From assembly GCA_964234715.1 (NCBI GenBank), contig OZ174280.1: a stretch of 64,000 nt of DNA. One strand, written 5' to 3'. Source of the DNA: Podarcis melisellensis. Taxonomy: Eukaryota. Shown here one piece after another: positions 27,292 to 39,510 of this stretch; position 1 is the first letter of the stretch, and each line of letters begins with the position of its first letter. The position numbers and the translations under genes were made by a program. Below the pieces are notes generated by a model, which saw only the letters and a program-made list of their open reading frames with translations, was not told the DNA's origin and made no database searches.

Positions 27292-27951
27292 AGGGGTACT
27301 TTCCATAATTGCCCTAGGAAATATTAGTATTTTCTTCCTCTTCACAGATATGCCCATTCCTTGAAGTCATGCAATGCAATCCTGTGTATGTTTATACAAA
27401 ATTTGCTTTACTCCCATTGAGTTTAGTAGCACTTCCTCCCTAGTAAGTGTTTTTGGATTGCAGCCTAAGTTACTATTTTTTCATTTGTGCTAATAGTACA
27501 TTATGATTTTAAATTGTTTTCTGCATGACTTCTCACCCTCAACCCTATGTCACTAAAGATACCATCTTCCCTATAATGTCACAGTTCCTCAGTCATTCCT
27601 ACATCAATATAATATATTTCAGTTGCATCTCTTACGGTATAAATTAATCACCTAGGTATTAATAACGGATGATGACACTTGGTGTAACAGTAGTGGTTAG
27701 AGGGTATTCTGATTTGTCATACTGAATTTGAGATGCTGTGAGCTGTTTGAAATGCCTGTATGTTGAAACAGCCAATGAGATAACTTTGGATTATTTATAG
27801 GACCACTGATGGATTTTAAAGCTTCAATTCACTCTGCAGATATTAGACAGAATTGTCTCCTTGAGGAACCAACTTCTCACCATCGGCAGCTTGTATTACT
27901 TACTGACCAAAAAGATCTTGGAGCACTTTTTCCTTTGTAATCCCAAAGAAG

Positions 27952-30900
27952 ATGGCTGAGAAACAGATTAGGTATGTGTCCTTCCCAAGTTTTAGAAATA
28001 TAGTGAGCCTCAAAGCAGGCATTGGAGAAACAGTGCAATTGATTTACAGAATGAACATGACAACAAATGCTGCAAAATGAAGTATGTAAAATGTTTGGTT
28101 TTTTATTTTATTTAACTTGAGGATGGCCATTTGTCCAGTCTAATTTTAATTTTATTTGAATTAATTTTGGGATGCATTTTAATCGATTGTTTATGTATAT
28201 TGTGTTTTATATGATGTTATCCGCTCGGAGCCCAGCTCCAGCGGGGGGGGGGGGGGATACAAATAACTTTCTTTCTTTCTTTGATCAATAGTTTTATAAC
28301 AAATTTCAAAGACCTGTGTTTAAAAATATTTGAGATTAAATTACAACAAAGATGTATTTAAGAGCAGTTATAATGGCTATTCTTACATACCTCATAATAG
28401 CTAGAAGTATATATACTCCTGAAGAATAACTTCATGTGGTCTGAAATGTAGCAGGGCAGCTCTCTTCATTCCATAAATAGTCTCTCTTGTCTCTCTAGAC
28501 AAGGTGGAATGAGAGACCCAAAGGAACCAGTCTGATTTGACATGGAATAGAGTAAGGGAGACAAGAAAAGAGAGATTATTGTGGCATAGAGTCATAAATG
28601 TAATGCAAGGCTGTGCATATGATGCAGCCCTAACATGCAAGAGTCTCGGTATGATGTGCTTATACTGAGCACATAAGAAGCTCTTTGAGGGATGTACATA
28701 CATTAAACACATACTTAGAAACACTGCATGTTATGGACTGTATCCAACACTGCACTTCTGTTTGTACAACTGGACTTCTCCCTGTACAGTCCAAAAAATA
28801 CATTGTAAAAGGTCCCCAAGACTCTGGAATAGATTTTGAGGGTGAGGGGACTGCAGGGGAAAGGAGAAGAGAAGGAAGTTCCATTGTGTGAGTGGAACAG
28901 CAGCCTTGGCTACAATCCTGTGTTTTTTCATGTATGTCACAGATGTGTACCATTGTTGCATATGAAGTGTTATAAAAGCTTTATTGTAGCAATGCTGAAA
29001 GCAACACATAGTCTGTGGCCAGTCTCAAAGAAGCCAGAATTTGGTCCATCACAGAGCTGAATTTGATATAAATGAAATAAATATACAGCATAACTCTTCT
29101 CCAGCCCCTAGTTCTGGAAATTCTTGATTCAATTGCATACAATGGAATTCTGTTTTGTCTTGTTCAGTTTGCCCGCTAAACTTATTAATGGAGGAGCTGC
29201 AGGGATCATTGGCGTTACTTGTATATTTCCAATTGACCTGGTTAAAACCAGGCTACAGAACCAGAGAAGTGGACAGCAAGTCTACAAAAGCATGTAAGTG
29301 ATCACTGGAAATGTATTGCATCTAGATTGACTTAATATTTGAGCAGCTCTTTCACCATTTGCAAGTACCTACAGATAGATGTAGGTGTTGGGAAAGTAGA
29401 AATCCACAGTTATTAATGGAATGATTCCATCAAGTAAGGGTCTTTATTTGCATGTATAAAATAAAGAATAATGTACCGGTGAGTGAAATAAGGTAAATAG
29501 AAAATGAAAAAATTACGGTAGCCTCATTTTGGATACTAGGGAACAATAAAGGTTATAAATAAGCAATTATAAGTTGTATTTAAATAGCTATAATGAGGTT
29601 ATTTTATTTTTCTTCATAAAACACATATTATTAAGGCTTGATATGATATATTTTTTGTAGTATATATGACAAGAGTGTCTTAGCAACAGGTAATCTCTTG
29701 TGTCTTGATCAGGTTGGATTGTCTAATGAAAACACTGCGTTCAGAAGGCTATTTTGGAATGTACAGAGGTAAGTCTTTTCCTTGTACATGTAACTGGCTG
29801 TAACTAACACAGTTATACTACTTCATGATAACTGGGGACTTATTCATTTGGGTCTCAACCATTATGATTAGGGACTCATCTTGAAAGGTCAGAGCTGGAG
29901 ATCTCAATGTATTTACTAGTGAGTTAGCTGCATTGTTTCTGGAGCTTACTTTTAAGTAAACATGCATAGAGCTGGCTGTTCAAAGCTCAGACATTTGAAA
30001 CAAAGATGTGCAAAATGAGATGCAGTCTGCTCACACAACAGGATTTCCATTTGTTCTCCTTCTGCCACAATCTGCTATTGCTTTTAAGATTAGAGTTTTG
30101 TAAATGACTGTATAACTCCAGTAGTAGTTTCTGGGCTATTTCCAATAACTTTGAAAACTGGAATCTGAGTCCCTGTCACAATAAATGATGTGGGATACCT
30201 ATAATCAAAATATATTTTAAAACAAAGAAAATCTCCTAATTTCAATTAAGCTTAAGTATGTATTTATTTTTAGGTGCAGCAGTGAATCTGACCCTTGTAA
30301 CACCCGAGAAGGCTATCAAACTGGCTGCTAATGACTATTTTAGGCACCTTCTTGCCAAGGATGGGTATGTTAACTTGAGATACTAGAGCTGTCTCATTTG
30401 TACCATACATAAGTTAAGTCTGTGTTCATTGCGGATTCCATTACGTGAATGTGACAAATTGTGCAAAGCTCATTAAATAGTTTTTTGATCACCTTTGAGA
30501 GCAGAATGAACAATAATATGTTTATAGCAAGGCATGAAATATTATGAATCTTCTGAATAAGCAGAAGACAAGTAATTATTGAAAACAGAAAGCAAAACTT
30601 ACTGTGCGCTGGATAAATTACTTTGAAGGGCCAATGGGCTGGAAGAACAGTTTATCTTTGTGATGTAGCTCATTCTCATGACTTCTGTAATGCACAATTA
30701 TTTATGCATTTCTATCCCAAGCTACTCCATCATTTTCTTGATCATTGCTACTTCCCAAGTTCTTTTGCTGAACTTTGTCAAAATCCAGATATTGCAAGGA
30801 GGATAATATGTATGTATTAAGCACATCTTTGAAAAACTTCATAGCTTGCTGCAGGATGGGCAGGGAAAGGGAGGGAAGATCTAACACAGAGCATTGACAA

Positions 30901-32011
30901 TCCAATATGCAACTCTATATGGACTGACAAAATCTTGTGACTTTGATTGTAAACATAAATAATATAATCCTGTGTCCTGATGGGATATTGACTGCAAGAA
31001 GCTATTGTGTCATTTTTCAATGGTTTTGATTCTCAAATCCCCTTGCTAGTCTGAACATAAACTATGTATTTCCTTTATACAGCCTTTTCCTTTTCTTGGA
31101 TATTTCATGCTTGTATACTTTAGTGTTTAAAATAATAATAACTATAATAATAACAACTCTTTTTATTACAGGGTAGCCCTTTCTTTATCTAAGGAGATGA
31201 TGGCCGGTTGTGGTGCTGGAACCTGCCAAGTTATTATCACCACTCCAATGGAGATGCTGAAGATCCAACTTCAAGATGCAGGACGACTAGGTAACAGTTC
31301 TTGCCTATCATCTCTGAGAACAGGTTCTTGGATGTTCACACAAAGCTAAAGTAATGGACCCCTGGATGGTTAAGTCCAGTCAGATTTGACTATGGGGTGC
31401 AGTGCTCATCTCCACTTTCAGGCTGAGGAAGCTGGTGTTTGTCATCAGACAGCTTTCTGAGTCATGTGGCCAGCATGACTAAACGCTTCTAGCACAACGG
31501 GACACCATGCCAAGTGCCAGAGTGCACGGAAATGCCATTTCATACAATAGTCCAGTTCACACATAACACTAAGCCAAACTATCAACATGTGAGTGTGCAA
31601 GTACTCATGGTAACAATCATGGCCACTTCACTCTTCCCCAAGTCCTACTACTGCTAGGCTACCTGAGGCTAAGCTATGGTTTGGCTTAGCATTACTTGTG
31701 AACCTGGACTTGTAGTCTGTAACAGGAGACAAACTGCAACTCCATGTTGAGACATAACACTAAGCCAAACTAAGCAGGACCCAGGGGAGGAGTTAAGTAG
31801 CTGCAGTTTTTGCTGCAAGTACTGAGCACATATGCACACACCATGATTTGGCTTGGTGTTATGTACAAACTAACATGAACTGTAGAACAAGAGATGTTCA
31901 GTTTGGCATAGGTTTCAATTATCATTAGTTTTGGCTGTCATAAGCGAGGTCAGTAGTAACTTGGTGGCTTGTAAAACAAGAACAGGGATTGGTAATAATA
32001 TTGTCCCTACC

Positions 32012-32042
<31 letters not shown>

Positions 32043-34860
32043 ATAAATGTCTGGTATTTTATCTCATCCTGCTATGGATGGTGGCTGCAGAAAGTTATCT
32101 ACCATAAGGGATCATTTGAATGTATTGCCTAATTGACAAGAAATGGTAATCTAAGGCACAACAGTGCTTTAATCAGTTCCAGAACTCAGTAATGCTTCTA
32201 AGTTATTGAGCCAGATAAGTGAAAAAATAAGTATCTGTACTGCGTTATCTGTATAGGAGCAAAGTCTTATGGAGGCAATTTATGACCCAGAAATATGGAA
32301 CACTGTTAAAGAGCAAGGCAAGACACCAGAAGTCAGCACATAAGCTAGAGCTCCCTGCTGTGAAATCAGGATTTCAGATTGCAGGGGGAACCTATGTGCA
32401 TATAACAGACTCCCTTCTTCAGACCTTCCCTCAGCTCATAGATGGCAAGGCCAATAGGCATGGCCTGTTCCATGTGGTTGTATCAACACTTATCTTTTGC
32501 CCCATGCTTTCCAGGCACAGGTCTGCACTTTAAAGCTCTGTGCCCAAGTGCTTCCCCCCACCCCTGAACTTTTCCGCAAAAAAACCCACACTATTTAAAG
32601 CTGAAGCACAATGAATGGCAATTTAAGTTCTCAACAGATTGTTGTTAGCTCCTATTCAGCAGTAAAGAGCAGGTTTTTACAGTGAAGGCTCCAGAGCAGA
32701 AAAGAGAGTACACTCAAACTTTCAAATCTTGGCTACCAAACGCCTCCGTTTTGGAACGTTTCGGCTCCCGAAAGCTGAAAACCCGAAAGTAAATGCTCAG
32801 GTTTTCCAACATTTTTCGGAAACCGAACATCCGACACAGCTTCCGCTTGATTGCAGGGAGCTCCTGCAACCAATCAGAAGCCGCACCTCAGTTGTCAAAC
32901 ATTTTGGAAGCCGAACGGGCTTCCAGAACGGATTACGTTGAAGAACCAAGGTTTGACTATACTTGGATACAGAGCTTTAAACCACAAGCCACACCTGGAA
33001 AGTGTGGAGGAAAGGTAAGGGTGGATAAGCCCTTAGAATGTCCAAATAGTGTTTATGTTTCACTATCACAGAGCTGCTTATAGATTCTGATACAGGAGTT
33101 GAAGGGATTTCCAGGGATCAGACCTTCAGGTAATCAGATTTAGAATGCATCTCAGACTTGTATATATTCAGGGTGAAATCATAAATTTCAGGTGACCAAT
33201 GAGGCTGACATATTTTTAATTGTGCTTTCAGCATCTCAGCAGCTTGTGAGCAGAGTTCCTTGTTCATCTCCTGGGTGCAAGCTTCTAGCTGTCAGCCCTG
33301 TTCTAGCCAGAGCATACAATGTAGGACCAATTGCCTTTCCAAGGAGGATATCTGCCACCCAGATAGCAGTCGAGCTTCTGCATACCCAGGGCATTAAAGG
33401 ACTCTACAAGGGTCTTGGAGCCACCTTGCTGAGGTAAGGATGGAACATCTTGTCCTTCCCATTCCCAGCCCAGTTTTTACAGTATGTGGCTTTATAAAAA
33501 TGCAATAACTCTTGTGTTCTAGGGATGTCCCATTCTCGGTCATCTATTTCCCACTGTTTGCCCATCTGAACAGAGCAGGACACGATTCCCTGGAAGAGAA
33601 AGCCCCTTTCTTTCGTTCTTTTCTTGCTGGTTGCATGGCTGGTTCAGTGGCAGCTGTGTCTGTCAATCCCTGTGATGGTAAGAGAAGATTTATATCTCAT
33701 CTCTTTTGTGTTTCTGTGTTTCATGTATTTCATGCTTCTCCATACAGTAGTTATAGGGAAATACTGGGAAAAGTGGATTTCCTTGTGAATCTCTGGAAGC
33801 TACCCTTCCATCTGTTAGGGCTTTCTGTATAGGGAAGCTTTTTGTCTTCAGAATAACACAGTGCTTTAATAAATTTAGAAAAGAACGAATTTTAATATGC
33901 TGTAGTCATAATGTTCTCAGGCTTGCCTGCATTAGTCTTCTAACCTGGCAAACAATATTTTTATTTTGCAGTAATAAAAACTCGTCTTCAGTCAATGGGC
34001 AAGGGAAGAAACGAAGAGAGTTATAATGGAATTATTGATTGTGCACGGTAAGTAATAAAAGCACTGTGAATAACTGACTGTTCAGCCAGAGTGTAAGCAA
34101 ATGTTTATAATGTTAAACAGTATGTCAAATGTGGAGGAGGTTTCCTGTTTGAGAAGACATGAAAAGTACTTACGTGCATTCACACTAGGCCTTTTAAGCT
34201 GATCTTCAGACATATGAAGGCAGTTTCCCCTAATTTGCCACTATAACCTCTGCAGTCAGAAGGCAGCTGTGAATCTGATAAAAGTAGGAGTAACTCATTG
34301 ACCCTAAGCACATGGCTATAGCATTTGAAAGCTACTTCCAACATGCTTTATCCTGGAATATGTGCTGAAGAACCAGCTGTCAAATATCACAACCATTGCT
34401 TGAAGTATAACCATACAGAAATGGTTTTCAGCAGCTTCCATATGGAAGCTATACCCTTTGAATTGGCCATAAACTTGTAGGAATCATGCCAATTTCTGGT
34501 GTGTTCCTTTCTCTTTTAAGACTTCTTTTTATAGGGTGAGAGATGAATACAGCCGCAGGAGGGAGTCAGGTCTTCAAGCTTTTGGAAGGAGAATGCATAG
34601 AGTTTTCTGGGTGAATGTTCAGATCTGGACACAGGAGTTGTGAAATGATAGATGCAGAATTTAGTAGTCAATATATCTGGTATTGTTTTCTCTCTTTCAG
34701 GAAACTTTGGATGAAGGAGGGTCCCTTAGCCTTCCTTAAAGGGGCTGGTTGCCGAGCCCTGGTCATTGCACCTCTTTTTGGTATAGCTCAAGGTATTTAC
34801 TTTATTGGTGTTGGAGAATTTCTTATTGAGCTATACCAGTATGGAAGACTTTCTCCCTAG
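27952..34860 (+). CDS. Mitochondrial glutamate carrier-like protein (SLC25A22/SLC25A18 family paralog, possibly the slc25a55 lineage), 334 aa, 9 coding exons
   Basis: Coding exons 27952-27971, 29168-29293, 29713-29768, 30274-30364, 31172-31290, 33232-33433, 33523-33677, 33972-34047, 34701-34860 total 1005 nt (334 aa + stop), all GT-AG and in frame. Starts [39 protein letters not shown]. Three carrier signature motifs ([30 protein letters not shown]) and the GC1/GC2-type segment [21 protein letters not shown]. Confidence 0.93.
31345..31540 (-). mobile_element. Sauria-type SINE 3' fragment
   Basis: Reverse-strand similarity to the body and tail of the SINE at 41696-42227 (GACAGCTTTCTGAGTCATGTGGCCAG; GTGCTCATCTC). 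Confidence 0.65.
32012..32039. repeat. (GT)n microsatellite
   Basis: Directly visible. Confidence 0.95.
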
Positions 34861-35915
34861 ACTTCCCCCTTGTTCTTTGGACTTACTGGAATGAATCCAC
34901 AAGAATCACCAGACAAGACACCAAGAAAACAGAGAAATTTCAGATTGAATTATCAGTGTTTCTTCTGTCAAAACTTAGACTCAAAGCCAAGTCCACCTGA
35001 GCTCATTAAATGTTATCAGGTTTTGGAGCCAGACTGACTAGGCACATAGTTCTCTAATGGTGATGTGTCTCTTTTTCTTATGAAGTAAAAAGCCAAGAGT
35101 TGTGACACAGTAGGACAGTCATCTGAATATGTAGAATGCAGGATGCATTCTGGGAGTTAGAAGATTGAAGCCTCTGGTAATGGAATGGCAATGGCTACTT
35201 TTTATTAAGCCTGGCTATGGGAGGATATGTCAGAAAACCTTTTTTTATGAGTGGAACAGGAAAAGAAACTTTAAACAAAATTATTGGGGGAGGGCACTTG
35301 CAATCGTTCCAAGCATGTTAGCAAAGATTTAAAAAATGGGAACAAATTTTGTGAATTTTTTATATATCTGTCTTTTATAACTTATAACTTTACATAGAGT
35401 AAAGAATTTGGTTCCTGTGGTGACTGCTAAATACAGAGCAATGTAATACAATACAAGGGTTAACAGGTGAAGGAAGCAAGGTAGGCTATCAACCTAAAGG
35501 TTTTCAGAAATGCTCTCTGGAACCTAGTTATAGGGACTAGCGATCTCTGTAAGCTACATGTTGTGCAGATAAACTGCTAAGCAGTTTTTCTTGGGCTGTT
35601 GCAGCTATGTTTTTGTAAAGCTATATTGTAGGTTTTACTGTTCATAATTAACTACAAAATTTCTCTATCAAAGGTGTGTGTTTTTCTAATGAATTATAAG
35701 ATGGTCTCTAGACATACCATGAATAATGTGTTGGCAGCGCAAGAATGATCATTTTTCTTTGCTCTTATCCTGGCACAATAAAATGGTTCAGACCAGTTCT
35801 GTGTGTGTTGTCTTTCCTGTGACTTTGCTAAGTACCCTTTGCTATTTACATGTGTTATTGACAACTTGGGTGAAACTCTCTATTTTTCTTAAATCGCTTA
35901 TTCTTCTATCGTCAC

Positions 35916-36940
35916 ACATTGTTGCTGAACAGCTTGGTAGGTTTCTGGAGGAAACATCGGCATTAGATCCATTTCAGTCCAGTTTCCATCCTGGTTTAGG
36001 GACGGAGACGCCTCTGGTTGCCCTAACAGATGATCTCCGTAGACAACTGGATCGAGGCAGGTCAGGACTGCTGATCCTTTTAGATTTGTCAGCAGCCTTT
36101 GACATGGTCGATCATGATCTTCTGGACCACCGCCTCGCATACGTGGGGATACAGGGCATAGCCTGTAACTGGTTGTGCTCTTTTATCTCTGGTTGGGGAC
36201 AGAGGGTGGCACTAGGGAGGGAAATGTCGTCGCGCCACTCCTTGGTGTGTGGAGTGCCACAGGGCGCAATTCTCTCCCCGATGCTATTTAACATCTTTAT
36301 GCGCCCCCTTGCCCAGATTATCCAGAGCTTTGGGCTGGGCTGCCACCAATATGCTGATGACACTCAGCCCCAAGCATACTGACCAGATGCTTGGAAGCTG
36401 TGGCTGGATGGTTTCGTGGGAGCCGATTGAAACTAAATCCTTCGAAGACAGAGGTCCTATGGCTAGGTCGGGATGGCATGGGGATGAGGGACCAACTCCC
36501 TTCTCTTGCGGGGGCCCAATTAGTGCCATTGCCTTCCGTTAAGAGTTTAGGTGTAATCCTTGACGCCTCCCTTTCCATGGAGGCACAAGTTACAGCAACA
36601 GCCAAGGCGACATTTTTCCACCTTCGCCGTGAGTGCCGTGAGACCAGGGCCCTGCAGGATCTGATTTCTTTCCGCAGGGCCTGTAAGACAGAGTTGTTCC
36701 GCCTGGCCTTTGGCTTGGAGCCAATTTGATTCCCTCCCTCTCTTTTTTCTTTTCCTTCTCCTGCGATGAGGCTACATTTTAATATTTTAATCTTCAATTA
36801 TTTTAATGTTTTTTATTTTAGTTTTTAAGTTGTAATCATTCATCTTGTTTTTATTATTGCTTGTAAGCTGCTCTGAGCCCGGCCTTGGCTGGGGAGGGTG
36901 GGGTATAAATAAAAAAATATTATTATTATTATTTATTATG
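35916..36940 (+). mobile_element. L2-clade LINE fragment (reverse transcriptase and 3' end), frameshifted and internally deleted
   Basis: RT motifs DPFQS..F, LDLSAAFDMVDH, GVPQGAILSPMLFNI and YADDTQ; frameshift after YADD; (TATT)n-type tail near 36905-36940. Confidence 0.88.
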
Positions 36941-37863
36941 AATACATTTGTGTAAGCCTTGCCAATTTTCTAAATGAATTGAAATGACCCTAGTCTTCTG
37001 AAAGATGTGCTTTATCCATATAGCTCACTAGGCAACCACCTGTCACTATGTCTACTCAGCAGAAGTAGCTTTTGCTATGCTCTGGGTGATGGTTCAGTTT
37101 CTAGCTATACCCTGCCTGCCCCCCCCCCCCCCGCAGTTGTCTACCTTCATTATACACATGATTATTTTATATGGCTAGTTAACAATGTTGTAATGAACAC
37201 AACTAGCACTCTAGTCCAAAGAAAACCAAGAGTCCTGTGGTACCTAATTTATTATGGCATGAAATTTCTCAGAATCATAGAGTTGGAAGGGACCCAAGGG
37301 TCATCTAGTCCAACCCCCTGCAATGCAGGAATCCCAGCTAAAGCATCCATGACAGATGCTGTCTACAATTATTTGCGATATAGTAATATAGTCTTTGGAG
37401 TGCCACAGGGGTCTTGATCTCCAATGGCAAAGACTGACAAGCAAATCACAGGAGCTAATGAAATATTGGTGTAGCTGTCAGTGCTGAGAACAGCATAGCA
37501 ATTCTGGCCGAACATACAACTTCCCTTCTCTATCAAAGCATGAATGGAAGGGGCTGGCTTGTTTTGCTTTTCCTCAGGAAGGAGAATGAATCCAACAAAG
37601 GAATGTGGATTCCTTGTGTCTGTACAACCACACGGTCAGAGGCACCTTTGTAACACTGCTGAAAATTATTTTTGTTTCTGTGAGTCCTGGATAAAATGGA
37701 AAACAGCAGCTGATTGTGTTTTTTTTAAAAAATGTCTAAATAATTTTACATAACAAGTGTTGGATATGCTAACCATTCTATTTATTCTTGGATGCCCAAA
37801 ACTTGCCATGTGACAGGAGGGATAGTGTGTCTTTGTGCGCAAGAGAGAGAAAAAGAAGGGGCC

Positions 37864-39510
37864 TTATAGGTTATGTAGCTTCTGAGGTATAGTGCAATAA
37901 TCAGTGCTGCTTGCCTCATGCACACAGTCGCTATAGTCAGTGTTGCATTTCCCACACTTGCAGCTCACGGCCACAGGATAGGAATAGTAGGAGACGACAT
38001 GGTGTTGACAGCCAGGGATCATCACAGTCTTGTACACCATGTCCTTGTATGTGCACACTTCCTGGGACAGGGCGCTCTGGGGCAGCAGCTTCTTACCATT
38101 ACTGTCCTGTAAGAGAATGGCAGTGGTTATTGCTTTTTGCTTAATCCTACCCGCATAATTTATGTTGTGCTCAGATAGAAATCTCTCCATCTCATCCCTC
38201 CCCAACGGTCACATTTTTGTAACCGTGCTGCTGAAGCAAGAAAGGCCATTTCATCCTTGTGAGGGGTTTTCAAGCTATGACATATGCATAGTCCCACCAT
38301 AATGTTGAATTTGTGGTACAAGCTTGGTTCCTTGTGTGGTTCCTTGGCATGATTATTTGGGGGAGGGTTGCTGAGCAGGATCAAATTCCTAAATATCCAC
38401 AGATTGGTTGTGACCTCTTGGCCCTCTTCTTTTGGTTTGTCCCATTCAGTTAATCTGAAATTATATATTTTGGTTTTTTCACTTTCTGAATTGGCCCTCC
38501 ACTTTTCTAGTGGCCATTTGCTTCCTGAACATCTGCTCATTCTTTCAACATTTACCTTCATTAAACTGCTGGAACTTTGCTAACCCTGCTTTTCAACCTG
38601 TTGCTCAGGTACCCTTTTGAGTGCAATCTTTCACCATGACCTTAAATTTTTCAGATCCAATTTGTTGCCAATACATACTGCTCTTAGTTCCCACCCATCA
38701 GTTATTGATGGTCATCATAATAATTGCAATTCCCCCCCCCCCGGCCACATTCTTCTCACCTACAGCCCTTCATCGCTGTTCTTTTGTTTTGGTTGATATT
38801 TATGAGGGTCATATTGATTCCACCTCTCTCTACCCACACTCCTGGCACTCCATTACTGAAGACCATGAGGAAGAGCTAGTACAACACCAACCCTAAACCA
38901 GCATCATGTAATGGGTGAGGGCCTGCTGTGTGCTGGTGGGGTGAAGTCACATTCTCCACTTCCTTTAGTGCCCTATAATCCACATGGCTAACCCAAATTT
39001 CATGAGAATAAAAAAAGCAAAAAATAATTATTGAATGTGCTCAAGGAAAATCATTTCCTCAAAAATTAAGAAAATGTCATAGTAGAAGCAACAGATAACT
39101 GTCCTTGATCACTTCCATGTCTCTGAAAAGTCCATTGATTCAAAGCCTCGACTACCCCAGTGTCTCCCATTTCACCTTCGCATTCAGTATAATGCCTCAA
39201 ACCGTTATATCACCTCATTCGTCTTCCCTGTTGTCTAATAATCCTTTCCTATTTACTCCATAGGTCCTAAGCTACTTATTAAACACTCTCTTTTTTCCTA
39301 ACCAACCAAGAAGGGACTCAATAGTGTGTTGTAAGAACATACCCGTGTCATGCAGTATCCTTCACAGATGGTGGTGTTGATGGCCAGACAGAAGGCACAT
39401 TCTCTCTTCTCCACGTGGATGATGTACTCAACGGGGACACAAAGGGACATGCTCTGCCCCAAAGTCAGGGCAAAGACTAGGAAGAGAGAGGTGAAAGGGG
39501 CAGGATTCAT
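37864..39510 (-). CDS. TSHB: Thyrotropin (TSH) beta subunit precursor, 136 aa, 2 coding exons
   Basis: Exon 39343-39510 ([56 protein letters not shown]) and exon 37864-38106 ([22 protein letters not shown]...[33 protein letters not shown]). All 12 cystine-knot Cys, the NTT glycosylation site and the TSH-type CNTDYSDC loop are present. Minus-strand AATAAA at 37781-37786. Confidence 0.97.

Noticed and set aside
27952-34860. Naming the carrier SLC25A22 itself
   Set aside because: The synteny and the repeat-2 loop differ from SLC25A22 as I recall it; a paralog assignment needs a phylogeny.
35726-36729. Functional reverse transcriptase gene
   Set aside because: 5'-truncated, frameshifted after YADD and internally deleted L2 fragment.
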